Assembly: GCA_965277715.1 (NCBI GenBank)
Contig: OZ255836.1
Coordinates: forward strand, 448,001-512,000
Length of the DNA stretch: 64,000 nucleotides
Direction: 5' to 3'
Source: Gammaproteobacteria bacterium
GTDB taxonomy: Bacteria > Pseudomonadota > Gammaproteobacteria > JBCCGL01
Numbering within the stretch: the first letter of the stretch is position 1; the number at the start of each line of letters is the position of its first letter. The notes beneath the pieces were generated by a model. The model did no database searches. It had not been told where the DNA came from and worked only from the letters and a program-made list of their open reading frames with translations. Positions 22,940-32,409 of the stretch are shown one piece after another. A program made the translations under genes and the position numbers.

Positions 22940-23806
22940 GTGCAATTGCACAATAATAATATTAAGGCCGCTATGCTGGTGGTGTTGGCAACCACGATGA
23001 TCACCACAAATGACGCACTGTTTAAGCACCTCTCGCAGATGTTTAGTGTGGGGCAGATTATGTTTATTCGCGGTGTGCTGGTGTGCGCAATTTTTACCGT
23101 GGTGCTGCTCGCCTCAAAGCAGGCGGTGTTTAATAAACGGGCATTACACCGTTGGAATATTATTCGGGCGCTATTGGAATTGGCGGCGACACTGGTTTTT
23201 CTGACCGGCTTATCACTGCTACCCCTGGCAATTGCCTCAACGCTGGCGTTTTCCTCGCCCATTGTCCTGGCCATACTGGCAGCGGTTTTTTTGCGAGAGC
23301 AGGTTGATTGGGTACGTTGGGTGGCGATTATCGCCGGTTTCATCGGCGTGGCGATGATCGCTAATCCATTTGCCGATGAGGTTAACTGGGCAGTGTTGTT
23401 TCCGATAGCCTGCGCCATACTTGTCGCTCTGCGCGATCTGGCGATTCGCTATGTTCCCGATGATATTCCCTCATTGCACGTGGCATTTACCAACGCCTGG
23501 ATGGTGATGCTGGGCGGTGGTCTATTGTGTTTGTTTCAGGGTTGGCGCCCCGTCGATATTACCTGGTATTTTTGGTTTGCTGGCCTGGCGGTGGCTATTC
23601 TCGGTGGTTACACCTGCTATGTGATGGGTACGCGGCTGGGCGAGTTATCATTCTTGGCGCCGTTTAAATACGTCAGTGTATTGCTGGCTATTGCCATCGG
23701 TTACTTTGTGTGGAGTGATGTTCCCACTGTGCTAATGCTGTCGGGTGCGGCAGTGATTGTGGGTGCGGGCATCGTATTGCTGGTGGGGGAGAAGAGAAGA
23801 CTATGA
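22940..23806 (+). CDS. DMT/EamA family transporter
   Basis: About 10 hydrophobic segments; FLREQV..RW; LAPFKY. Confidence 0.88.
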   Translation: MQLHNNNIKAAMLVVLATTMITTNDALFKHLSQMFSVGQIMFIRGVLVCAIFTVVLLASKQAVFNKRALHRWNIIRALLELAATLVFLTGLSLLPLAIASTLAFSSPIVLAILAAVFLREQVDWVRWVAIIAGFIGVAMIANPFADEVNWAVLFPIACAILVALRDLAIRYVPDDIPSLHVAFTNAWMVMLGGGLLCLFQGWRPVDITWYFWFAGLAVAILGGYTCYVMGTRLGELSFLAPFKYVSVLLAIAIGYFVWSDVPTVLMLSGAAVIVGAGIVLLVGEKRRL

Positions 23807-24990
23807 CTGACACCGTGAAACATAACCGCTTTTTGCTTGGCTCACTTGCGCTTGGCCACCTGACCAATGATTGGGTGGCTGGCACCTTATGGCTATTGGC
23901 ACCGGCTATTGCCGCCAGTATGGGGTTGGGGCCAACGGAAGTGGGTCTACTGCTGACAATAAACGGCATCGGTGCGGGTTTGGTGTATATCCCCGCCGGT
24001 ATCCTGACAGACCGCGCTACACGCCCTGGGTGGTTAATGGTGATTACTTTCTGGTGGGTGGCGATTGGTTATTTTTGTGCCACCCTGGCACCGGGTTTTT
24101 GGGCGGTTACCTTATTGCTGGCATTCGGTGTTATGGGTGATGCATTTTGGCATCCAGTTGCCACTGGCGTGCTGGTCAAACGCATGCCCGGGCGGCGCGC
24201 ACAAGTACTGGGTATCCACGCGATGGGTGGCAGTATTGGCGCGGAGGTGTTGGGGCCGATAACGGCGGGGTTTCTGCTCGGTTATTTTGACTGGCAAACC
24301 AGCCTGCAGATTCTGGTGATCCCGGCAGTTGTGATGGGGGTTTTATTTATTCCGGTAGCCAGGCGGATTGGCACCTTCACGCAAAAGAAAATGTCGGCGC
24401 TCGACTTTAAAAACCTGATTGTGCGCTGGCGGTCTGTGCGGGGTATACAACTGGTATTGCTAATGATTCTTTACAATATGTCATTGATGGCTATTTTGGC
24501 GATGACTCCCTTGTATTTGCAAACCAAACACGCCCTGGAACCATTCGCGACCAGTGTTATCTTTGCCGCCATGCTCTTGGTCGGCACGGCTTTTCAGCCC
24601 TTTATAGGGCAGTTCTCGGATCATATCGGGCGCAAATCGATCATTCTCTGTGTGTTGCTTACCGCCACCGTTTTTTCATTAATGGCTGGGTTTGCCGACA
24701 GTTTGCTGCTTTTTATCAGTTTGATATTCGTGTCGGCTGCGCTGCTAACGGCTGTACGACCTGTCGTGTTGGCGGCTGCGGTGGATTTTTCTGCCGAGTC
24801 AGAGGCGACCACACTCGGCATCGTGTTTGCCACACTCGATGGCGTAGGTGCCTTTGGTGCGCTTTGCGCGGGCTATGCCGGTGAGTTTGATTTGAGTTAT
24901 GCCTACGCCCTATCGGCGGCGTTGTCGTTGGCCTCGGCGGTATTGTGCAGTCAATTTGTATTTGCCGCTTCGACAAAAAATGCAGAATAG
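23803..24990 (+). CDS. MFS transporter
   Basis: About 12 hydrophobic segments; GHLTND, FWHP, GQFSDHIGRK motif A. Confidence 0.9.
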   Translation: MTDTVKHNRFLLGSLALGHLTNDWVAGTLWLLAPAIAASMGLGPTEVGLLLTINGIGAGLVYIPAGILTDRATRPGWLMVITFWWVAIGYFCATLAPGFWAVTLLLAFGVMGDAFWHPVATGVLVKRMPGRRAQVLGIHAMGGSIGAEVLGPITAGFLLGYFDWQTSLQILVIPAVVMGVLFIPVARRIGTFTQKKMSALDFKNLIVRWRSVRGIQLVLLMILYNMSLMAILAMTPLYLQTKHALEPFATSVIFAAMLLVGTAFQPFIGQFSDHIGRKSIILCVLLTATVFSLMAGFADSLLLFISLIFVSAALLTAVRPVVLAAAVDFSAESEATTLGIVFATLDGVGAFGALCAGYAGEFDLSYAYALSAALSLASAVLCSQFVFAASTKNAE

Positions 24991-25046
24991 GCGTTGCTCT
25001 TTATTTTAAATAACAACGTGAGAAAACTACCCAGAGGAGAAGTGAT

Positions 25047-26204
25047 ATGTTGGCACTGACAAAAAAACGCACATTGGCATTTCAGTCGAGGTTGCGCGAC
25101 GCGGGTATCGACCTTGCGATCCTGGCCGATGAAGACAGTATTGCCTACTACGGCGGATTTTGGGGGTATCTCGGTGTGGAGTTTGGCCGCCCCACGATGA
25201 TGTTAGTGCCCGCAGAAGGTGAGTGCAGCGTTATCACACCGTTAATGGAATCCGAGATGGTCACCGCTATGACCTGGGTAGAGAAGGTCATTCCCTGGCA
25301 GGATGCCGGTACCGAACGCTGGGAGAACGTGCTACGACGCGCCTTACCCAGGCAAGGTTCACAGGCGGTGATTGGCTGGGAGGCGATGAAAACCCCGACG
25401 CTGGTGAGTGAGTGCATTGATGAATTGATCGGGCGGGAAAAAATCCGCGAAGTCAGCGGTATCGTCGGTGATATGCGCATGATTAAATCGGCAGAGGAAA
25501 TCGAGATTATGCATCAGGCCGGGCAGGTGGCAATAGCCATGCTCGACGCCGGTAAAGCGGCACTCGGTGAAGGTGTCCCGGAATACGAAGTGGCACTGGC
25601 TGTGCTCGGCGGCGGCACCCGCAAGGCCGCCAGCTTCCTCACAGATAAAGGCTGGGAGGCATTTGTATCGCCGACCGTGCACAACCTGCAAGTGCTGCAA
25701 TCCGGGCACGATACTTCGATGGTGCATCGCCGTTCAAATGTGCGGGAATTGCAACGCGGTGACCCTATCTACTTCTGCTTTTGCGGGATGGTGAATTTTA
25801 AACAGTACAAGCTGGGGTTTGATCGTGAGATTTTTATTGGTGAGGCGACCGACGAGCAAACCCACGTATACGAAACTACCATCAAAGCCCAGTTGGCGGC
25901 CCTTGCAGAAGTGCGCCCTGGTGTATTGGCAGAGGAGGTGCACAATGCGGCCAATGACGTCTATCGGTCTGCTGGGTTTAGTCCCGGCTACCGCACGGGC
26001 AGAGCGATAGGGTGCTCTTTTCTGGAAATGCCAGAAATCAAAGAAGGGGACAAAACACCGCTGCAAGCGGGCATGACCTTCGCCATCGATGGGGGGATTA
26101 CACTGCCCGGCAAGTTTGGTGGCCGGGTCGGTGATTCGATTGTAGTGACAGAGGACGGTTTTGAATACTTCACGCCCTATGCGAAAGACTTGTGTATTGT
26201 GTAA
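25047..26204 (+). CDS. M24 (Xaa-Pro peptidase/creatinase/ectoine hydrolase-like) family protein
   Basis: MRMIKSAEEIE and pita-bread motifs. Metal ligands are non-canonical (YRTGRAIG instead of HxxGHxxG). Confidence 0.85.
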   Translation: MLALTKKRTLAFQSRLRDAGIDLAILADEDSIAYYGGFWGYLGVEFGRPTMMLVPAEGECSVITPLMESEMVTAMTWVEKVIPWQDAGTERWENVLRRALPRQGSQAVIGWEAMKTPTLVSECIDELIGREKIREVSGIVGDMRMIKSAEEIEIMHQAGQVAIAMLDAGKAALGEGVPEYEVALAVLGGGTRKAASFLTDKGWEAFVSPTVHNLQVLQSGHDTSMVHRRSNVRELQRGDPIYFCFCGMVNFKQYKLGFDREIFIGEATDEQTHVYETTIKAQLAALAEVRPGVLAEEVHNAANDVYRSAGFSPGYRTGRAIGCSFLEMPEIKEGDKTPLQAGMTFAIDGGITLPGKFGGRVGDSIVVTEDGFEYFTPYAKDLCIV

Positions 26205-26236
26205 GTTATTGATTGTTTGTAAAGGTATAAAAACGC

Positions 26237-27448
26237 GTGGTTGAAGAAATACAGGCAACACAAAACGGCACAACCTGTGACTGGGCGCTGGACCCGATTA
26301 TTCAGTGGTTATTTAAACACGCCCGGCTGATAGACGACCAAACCGAATTTGTACACGAACTGTCGCAACGTATCCTGCAGGCAGGCGCGCCAATCGACCG
26401 GCTGACGGTTACCTTTCTCACCATAAACCCACTGGTGCTGGTGACTACGGCCACCTGGTCAAGCGATACTGGAAAAACCATCCCCGCTCAGGCACGGCAT
26501 GGAGTGCGGGAAAGTGAGCGCTATATTGGCAGCCCGATGCAGCAAGTGAACGAAACCAAACGCAGCCTTCGCCAGTCACTGCTTACATTGCCGGAAGATG
26601 CACATTTGGCTTTTACCGAACTGGCTGGTGATGGGTATATCGATTACTACGCGATGCCAATCAGTTTCAGTAACGGGCTGGGTAGCATATTTATCGTTGT
26701 CACCAAAGCCAAGCAGGGGTTTTCCGCGTGTGATGTGAAAAATTTAAAACGCCTGCGCGATTACTTTGCGCCTATTCTTGAAGTATTTTCATTGCGGCAT
26801 ACGTCCCTGTCGTTGATGAATACTTATCTGGGCAGGCGCACCAGCCAAAAAGTGTTGTCGGGTATGATTAAGCGTGGTGATGCCGATGTGATTAATGCCG
26901 CGCTGTGGTTTAGTGATCTGCGTGATTTCACCCATCTGACAGAAATACTGCCCGCCCAGCAGATACTGGACATGCTCAATGAATATTTTGAGTTTATTGC
27001 CGCAGCGGTAACTGCATATGGCGGTGAGATCCTGCGGTTTATTGGTGATGCCATGCTGATTGTTTTCCCCATTGATGAAAAAGTCAGCAAAAAATCGGCT
27101 TGCACCGCAGCGCTTAATGCGGCCAGAGATGCACAGCAGACACTGGCTGTGCTGAACTATCGACGGCGGCGCAATGCACAGGCAGAAATCTGTTTCGGCG
27201 TGGGCCTGAACGTCGGTGAAGTGATTTATGGCAATGTCGGGGCGCCAGACAGGCTGGATTTTACCGTTATGGGGCCTGCCGTTAACCGTACTGCCCGGCT
27301 GGAATCGCTAACCAAAACCGTCGGTGAAAATATACTCGTTTCAGAGGCGTTTGCCGAAACAGTGGATTGCCCCATGCGCGCCTTTGGTAAACACGCTATG
27401 AAGGGTATTGCGCAGCCACAGGCAGTATTTGCCCCGGATAATGGGTAG
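26237..27448 (+). CDS. Class III adenylate/guanylate cyclase with N-terminal GAF-like region
   Basis: WFSDLRDFT, FIGDAML, GNVGAPDRLDFTVMGPAVNRTARLE. Confidence 0.9.
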   Translation: MVEEIQATQNGTTCDWALDPIIQWLFKHARLIDDQTEFVHELSQRILQAGAPIDRLTVTFLTINPLVLVTTATWSSDTGKTIPAQARHGVRESERYIGSPMQQVNETKRSLRQSLLTLPEDAHLAFTELAGDGYIDYYAMPISFSNGLGSIFIVVTKAKQGFSACDVKNLKRLRDYFAPILEVFSLRHTSLSLMNTYLGRRTSQKVLSGMIKRGDADVINAALWFSDLRDFTHLTEILPAQQILDMLNEYFEFIAAAVTAYGGEILRFIGDAMLIVFPIDEKVSKKSACTAALNAARDAQQTLAVLNYRRRRNAQAEICFGVGLNVGEVIYGNVGAPDRLDFTVMGPAVNRTARLESLTKTVGENILVSEAFAETVDCPMRAFGKHAMKGIAQPQAVFAPDNG

Positions 27449-27491
27449 CGTTAAAAATGCATTATCTTTAGCACTGCCTTAACGCGTGTGC

Positions 27492-27671
27492 TTAAACAAT
27501 AGCCATCAATAAGACAACAAACCCAACAACCGCAGCGATAGGTAAAACCACACCGCCCCAATCACCTTTTTCGGCTTTTGGACTGTTTGTTAACATTTGT
27601 TTTGCACGGGGAAAGACCATCACAATCATCATTACTAACAGCAGTGCTGAGCCAATTTTGAACCAGTCCAT
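27492..27671 (-). CDS. Small two-TM membrane protein (59 aa; not in the ORF track)
   Basis: MDWFKIGSALLLVMMIVMVFPRAKQMLTNSPKAEKGDWGGVVLPIAAVVGFVVLLMAIV, with GAGGGG upstream. Confidence 0.7.
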   Translation of the reverse strand: MDWFKIGSALLLVMMIVMVFPRAKQMLTNSPKAEKGDWGGVVLPIAAVVGFVVLLMAIV

Positions 27672-27682
27672 ACCTACCCCTC

Positions 27683-27712
27683 AAAAAAACCCCGGGCAAG
27701 CCGGGGTTTTTG
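27683..27712. terminator. Rho-independent terminator after yccA (potentially bidirectional)
   Basis: AAAAAAACCCCGG-GCAAG-CCGGGGTTTTT. Confidence 0.8.
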
Positions 27713-27739
27713 TTGTTTCACAGTGTAAAAAAGCAAAGA

Positions 27740-28405
27740 TCAGTCGTCACTATTGGCAAAACCGAGGATGTGTAGCAGAGAGGTGAATATATTAAACATA
27801 TTGATATACAGGCTAACGGTCATCATTATGTAATTTTCGCCCTGACCATGCACCATACGGCTGGTGTCATACAGGATAAACCCACTCATCAACATAATAA
27901 CCACAGCAGAAATAGCCAGTGACAGCGCGGGTATATTCAGAAAAATATTGGCCAGCGCAATGAACAATACCATCAGTATGCCCGCGAACAGGAAGCCGCC
28001 CATGAAATTGAAGTTTTTGCGGGTGGTGAGTGCATACCCGGACAAGCCCAGAAAAATGGTGCCGGTGCCGCCAAATGCAGTCGCGACCAGTTGTGGGCCA
28101 TTGGGTAGCGCGAGATAGGCTTGCAGCAATGGCCCCAGTGCGAAGCCCATCAGGCCGGTAATAGCAAAAACGACCCAAAGACCAGATGCTGAATTGGCTG
28201 TTTTGGGCAGTACAAAAAACATCAATAGAAAAGCGCCACCGATACCCAGCAGATAGGTCATGGGTGGCATATTCAGCATAACCGACACACCTGCCATGAT
28301 GGCGCTAAAAAACAGCGTAACCGAGAGCAGGGTATAGGTATTTTTAATCAGCTTGTTCGTCGCAAGGGTTGCTGTATTCGCAGACTGAACACTATAGGTA
28401 GACAT
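27740..28405 (-). CDS. yccA: Bax inhibitor-1/YccA membrane protein
   Basis: NKLIKNTYTLLS, GFILYDTS, ENYIMMTVSLYI; divergent from tRNA-Ser as in enterobacteria. Confidence 0.92.
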   Translation of the reverse strand: MSTYSVQSANTATLATNKLIKNTYTLLSVTLFFSAIMAGVSVMLNMPPMTYLLGIGGAFLLMFFVLPKTANSASGLWVVFAITGLMGFALGPLLQAYLALPNGPQLVATAFGGTGTIFLGLSGYALTTRKNFNFMGGFLFAGILMVLFIALANIFLNIPALSLAISAVVIMLMSGFILYDTSRMVHGQGENYIMMTVSLYINMFNIFTSLLHILGFANSDD

Positions 28406-28617
28406 TGTCTTTCTCCAAATCAGTTAAATGGTCAAACGGTGATTTTTGGCAGCCCTATTGAACAAAACCGCCCACAATCGCCGATGGCGCTATCTTACGA
28501 TACTACAATCTTGTGTCAATTAAGCCTGTTTCAAGTGTAATACAACTTAATGTTATTTATCCTGATACAAACGGTAGCATATTCCCTGTCGATTAAGTAT
28601 TATGCCCCGCGTTTACA

Positions 28618-28722
28618 GGGGCGCTGGCTGAGTGGTCTGAAAAATCGTCTGGAACGATTTTTCACCGAGCGAAGCGAAGGCCCCGAAGGGGTGAGGGCAC
28701 GGACAGCCCGAATAAAGCGGCG
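28618..28722 (+). repeat. Degenerate tRNA-Ser 5' copy interrupted by a multi-hairpin tRNA-associated repeat
   Basis: GCTGGCTGAGTGGTC and AAAGCGGCG match the downstream tRNA D-arm. They are separated by ~73 nt with hairpins TGAAAAATCGT/ACGATTTTTCA, CCCC-GAA-GGGG and GGGC...GCCC. Confidence 0.65.
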
Positions 28723-28789
28723 CGCCGCTTGAGACCTTACGGAGTTGGATTGAGTACAGAAGCTAAGTGCACATGATGTAGTAAAGACG

Positions 28790-28877
28790 GGAGAGCTGGC
28801 TGAGTGGTCGAAAGCGGCGGTCTTGAAAACCGTTGAACCGTGAGGTTCCGGGGGTTCGAATCCCTCGCTCTCCGCCA
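28790..28877 (+). tRNA. tRNA-Ser(TGA)
   Basis: GGAGAGCTGGCTGAGTGGTCGAAAGCGGCGGTCTTGAAAACCG, long variable arm, GGTTCGAATCCCTCGCTCTCCGCCA. Confidence 0.96.
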
Positions 28878-29020
28878 AATTAAACTTATTAAGATATTGT
28901 TTTTAAAGGAAAAAATATGAAAAACATGCCTAATACCTGAAAGAGATAGACCCGCAAAAACTAATAATATACTCTTACACATTCCTTACACAAAACTTCA
29001 CATTTTGGAGGAATGTTCAA

Positions 29021-30175
29021 GTGGCGGAAAAGCACTCAATTCTTGGTGGAAAAGTCCACGTCTACAAGCGAACGGGAAGCCCTGTATGGCAATGTTCAGC
29101 CTATTTAGCGGGTAAAAATCACCGAGTAAGTTCAAAAGAAGAGAGTTTGGCAGCAGCCAAGGATTTTGCTGAAGACTGGTATTTAACACTTCAGGATAAA
29201 AACCGCCGTGGAGAATTGCTCACAGAGAAAACGTTCCGGCACGCCGCTGAGCGTTTCAAACTTGAATATGAAGTTTTAACCGAAGGTGAGCGAAACGCCG
29301 TGTGGGTGAGAGATCACTATCGGCGCATTGATAAGCATTTGACTCCTTTCTTTGGCAAGATGGGACTTTCAACTATCACATCTGGAACAGTTCAAGATTA
29401 TCGGATTAGCCGTTTAAAGCCGGAAGATGGGAAACATATACCCTCCAGAAGCACCCTGCATCACGAAATGGTAACGCTACGTATGGTAATGAAGGCGGCA
29501 GTGAGGCATGGGTGGCTTCAATACCTGCCTGATCTCTCTGAACCATATCGTGTTTCAAATAAAGTGGTTCACCGTGCGTGGTTTTCGCCAAGCGAATATC
29601 AGCTATTGTATAAAACCACTCGTAAGAAATTAAAGGAGAAAAAAGACGACAAATATGGGTATATCTGGGCGAATCTCCACGACAAGATATTATTTATGGC
29701 CAATACCGGTATTCGTCCTGATGAAGCCAACTGCCTTGAATATCGGGATGTCGAGATTGTCAAAGACGACGCCACCGGCGAGACAATTCTCGAAATAGAG
29801 GTGCGCGGTAAGCGCGGTGTAGGATATTGCAAAAGCACCACCGGTGCTGTTAGACCTTTTGAAAGAATGAAGGAGCGAAATCAGCCAGAATCGACCGACC
29901 GTCTCTTTCCGACTGATAACCATAGACACTTTAATGAAGTGTTGACAGAAATTGATTTAAAATTTGATCGGCAGGGGAACCGCAGAACACTCTATTCTCT
30001 CCGCCATAGTTATATTTCATTTAGGTTGCTGGAAGGCGCTGATATATATCAGATCGCAAAAAACTGCCGTACCAGTGTTGAGATGATTGAGAAGCACTAT
30101 GCTGTGCATTTAAAGAACAATCTGGATACAGCGGCAATCAATGTAAGGAAAGGCCGTTTGTTTCATCCTGCTTAA
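29021..30175 (+). CDS. Tyrosine integrase of the tRNA-Ser island
   Basis: Arm-binding N-terminus; NTGIRPDE, RGKRG, YSLRHSY, TSVEMIEKHY. Confidence 0.92.
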   Translation: MAEKHSILGGKVHVYKRTGSPVWQCSAYLAGKNHRVSSKEESLAAAKDFAEDWYLTLQDKNRRGELLTEKTFRHAAERFKLEYEVLTEGERNAVWVRDHYRRIDKHLTPFFGKMGLSTITSGTVQDYRISRLKPEDGKHIPSRSTLHHEMVTLRMVMKAAVRHGWLQYLPDLSEPYRVSNKVVHRAWFSPSEYQLLYKTTRKKLKEKKDDKYGYIWANLHDKILFMANTGIRPDEANCLEYRDVEIVKDDATGETILEIEVRGKRGVGYCKSTTGAVRPFERMKERNQPESTDRLFPTDNHRHFNEVLTEIDLKFDRQGNRRTLYSLRHSYISFRLLEGADIYQIAKNCRTSVEMIEKHYAVHLKNNLDTAAINVRKGRLFHPA

Positions 30176-30492
30176 CCTGTGCTATTTCGTTTAATTTTTT
30201 GTAGCTAATGGACGAAATTTAAAGTAATAATACCCTCCTAAGTGTCAGTTTTTTGCTCTAAGTAGACACTGGAAAAGCTCACTACTTGCAGACTTATCGG
30301 TAATCTGGTGAGATAAATACTTAAACAAAATAGAGCTACTTGGAAGTTAGCGAGAATAGACTTGCATTCAGCATTTAAATTAGTACCCTGAATACTGACC
30401 CGTAGGTCACCGAGAGAAATAATTTTCTTGGGTTGCGAGCACATGCTTAATTCAATGATAGAGCGAAATTTGCCGTTAATATCGGGAAGAAA

Positions 30493-30541
30493 CGGGCTCA
30501 TAACCCGAAGGTCGTTGGTTCGAATCCAGCCTCCGCGACCA
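30493..30541 (+). repeat. Orphan 3' fragment of an initiator-type tRNA-Met(CAT), probable att site of an inner element
   Basis: CGGGCTCATAACCCGAAGGTCGTTGGTTCGAATCCAGCCTCCGCGACCA covers anticodon arm to CCA with no 5' half. It lies ~90 bp upstream of a recombinase. Confidence 0.8.
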
Positions 30542-30632
30542 AGTTTCTAGATTATCAGTGGTATAATGGGTTTTCAAACCAGTAAAAAAGCGCTCTCAGT
30601 GACCTATGGGCTAAGCCCTAACCCCACAGAGA

Positions 30633-31544
30633 ATGTCAGAAATTTACCACCAGCTTCACGCCTTCTGCGAGTACTCTCTCGTTTTTAAAGGTAACACCGA
30701 GCGTTCCGTTGACACCTACCGTCGCGAACTAAGTGCTTATATCAAGTTTAGCGATGCACAAACCGTCGCCGATATAGACCAGTCGCAAATACAAAAATAC
30801 ATAATGCGTGGCAAGCTAGAACTTAACTGGTCGGCCAAGACGATTCGCAATAGAATTATCTCTCTTAGAATATTTTTAGATTGGTGTCTCAAACAAGGGT
30901 TAGTGACAGATAATCCTGCACGTACCATTGACCTTCCTCGACTACCCAAAACTCTCCCTCGTTCGTTGTCTAAAAACGATGCTTTTACCTTGCTCGAATG
31001 GGCGGCAAACTATCGATATACCTATAAATTCGAGCAGACGCGAGCTATTGCCATTCTCTCTTTGTTTATCTTCACCGGTATTCGCTTAAAAGAGCTGTAC
31101 GGCCTCAAAATGCAGGATATTAGGCTGACCGAAAGAAGTGTGTTTGTCTGTTCGGGTAAAGGACAAAAAGACCGCCTAATTCCGATGAACCACGATTTAG
31201 CGATTGCACTACAAGCCTACATTAAAGAGCGTGATCGTCGTAAACGCCATTGCCCTTACTTATTCGTTTCTCTCAAGCACGATATTCGTATGGGTGACAA
31301 AGTTGTGCCTCGTTTAGTTAACAAATTGCGCGAATGTAGCGACATCTATTTTTATCCACATATGCTGAGACATACCTTTGCGACTCTCATGTTAGAAGGC
31401 GGGGCGGATATTTTTGCCATCAGCAAAATGATGGGGCACAGCGATATCAAAACGACCACTATTTATCTATCGGTCACCACCGCTCACCTTCAAGCGGAAG
31501 TGGCCAAACACCCTCTTGGCACTATAAAAGCCTTATCTCACTAA
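30633..31544 (+). CDS. XerC/XerD-like tyrosine recombinase A
   Basis: LPRSLS, FTGIRLKE, GKGQKDR, PHMLRHTFAT, MGHSDIKTTTIY (full R-K-H-R-H-Y). Confidence 0.93.
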   Translation: MSEIYHQLHAFCEYSLVFKGNTERSVDTYRRELSAYIKFSDAQTVADIDQSQIQKYIMRGKLELNWSAKTIRNRIISLRIFLDWCLKQGLVTDNPARTIDLPRLPKTLPRSLSKNDAFTLLEWAANYRYTYKFEQTRAIAILSLFIFTGIRLKELYGLKMQDIRLTERSVFVCSGKGQKDRLIPMNHDLAIALQAYIKERDRRKRHCPYLFVSLKHDIRMGDKVVPRLVNKLRECSDIYFYPHMLRHTFATLMLEGGADIFAISKMMGHSDIKTTTIYLSVTTAHLQAEVAKHPLGTIKALSH

Positions 31545-32409
31545 TGCTACTCTTTAAGCTCTCAGTCGAAACGGAAAGGTAGGTCAATGTAGTGGTAATG
31601 CAGGAATGCCCCAATATTTCTTTAATTTTAAACACATCAACGTTGGCTTCAACCAGCAGCCGAGCACAAGTGTGCCGCAACATATGCGGCGTAAAATAAA
31701 TCCCTGTTTCGTGTGATAGTTTTTGGCAAACAGTACGCACATTTTTTCCCGAAATTGGTTTTTCAGATTGAGCGCCTGTGAAAAAATACCGGCTATAGTT
31801 TCGGCGAGATTTACGTTCTGCAAGGTAATTTTTTAGGATGGGTAACAACCGAGGATGAATAGGGACGATGCGATCTTTCTGCCCTTTTCCTTGACGTACC
31901 AGAATTTCTCGACTGACTAAATTTACATCTGGCACTTCTAAATCCAACATTTCTTGCAACCGGAGGCCGGTGTAAACTAATAGATAAAGCATCGTTTCGT
32001 TGCGGATAGCTTCAAATCGATACCGCCAAGCAAACCATCTAACGCCGTTTAGAACCGACTGAATATCCTCTCTGCACAGGCAACGCGGTAATCGCTGGGG
32101 AAGTTTGGGTTTTTCTATGCCATCAATCGGATTGATTTTAATCAATTGTTGTTTAACGCACCAACTGAAAAATGATCGTAAATATTGCCAGTTATTGCGA
32201 AAGGTTCGCGCTTCCCATGCCCGTTCTTCTTTACCCCAGTAAAGAAAAGCCCGCACTGTTCCACAATCTAGTTGCGTAATTTCTACCGTATCCGCCCACA
32301 CGCAAAGTGCGTTTACCGTAGCCATGATGCTGCGAAAACTTTTAGGTCGCATCCCGCGTTCGTGCAGGGCATAACGTTTAAAGGCATACACCACATCATT
32401 TACTTTCAT
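31522..32409 (-). CDS. XerC/XerD-like tyrosine recombinase B, convergent paralog of A
   Basis: LPRCL, YTGLRLQE, GKGQKDR, PHMLRHTCA, LGHSCITTTLTY; the two 3' ends overlap by 23 bp. Confidence 0.93.
   Translation of the reverse strand: MKVNDVVYAFKRYALHERGMRPKSFRSIMATVNALCVWADTVEITQLDCGTVRAFLYWGKEERAWEARTFRNNWQYLRSFFSWCVKQQLIKINPIDGIEKPKLPQRLPRCLCREDIQSVLNGVRWFAWRYRFEAIRNETMLYLLVYTGLRLQEMLDLEVPDVNLVSREILVRQGKGQKDRIVPIHPRLLPILKNYLAERKSRRNYSRYFFTGAQSEKPISGKNVRTVCQKLSHETGIYFTPHMLRHTCARLLVEANVDVFKIKEILGHSCITTTLTYLSVSTESLKSSISEIRLL

Noticed and set aside
30465-30541. Complete tRNA-Met gene
   Set aside because: The 5' acceptor strand and D-arm are absent; treated as an att fragment.
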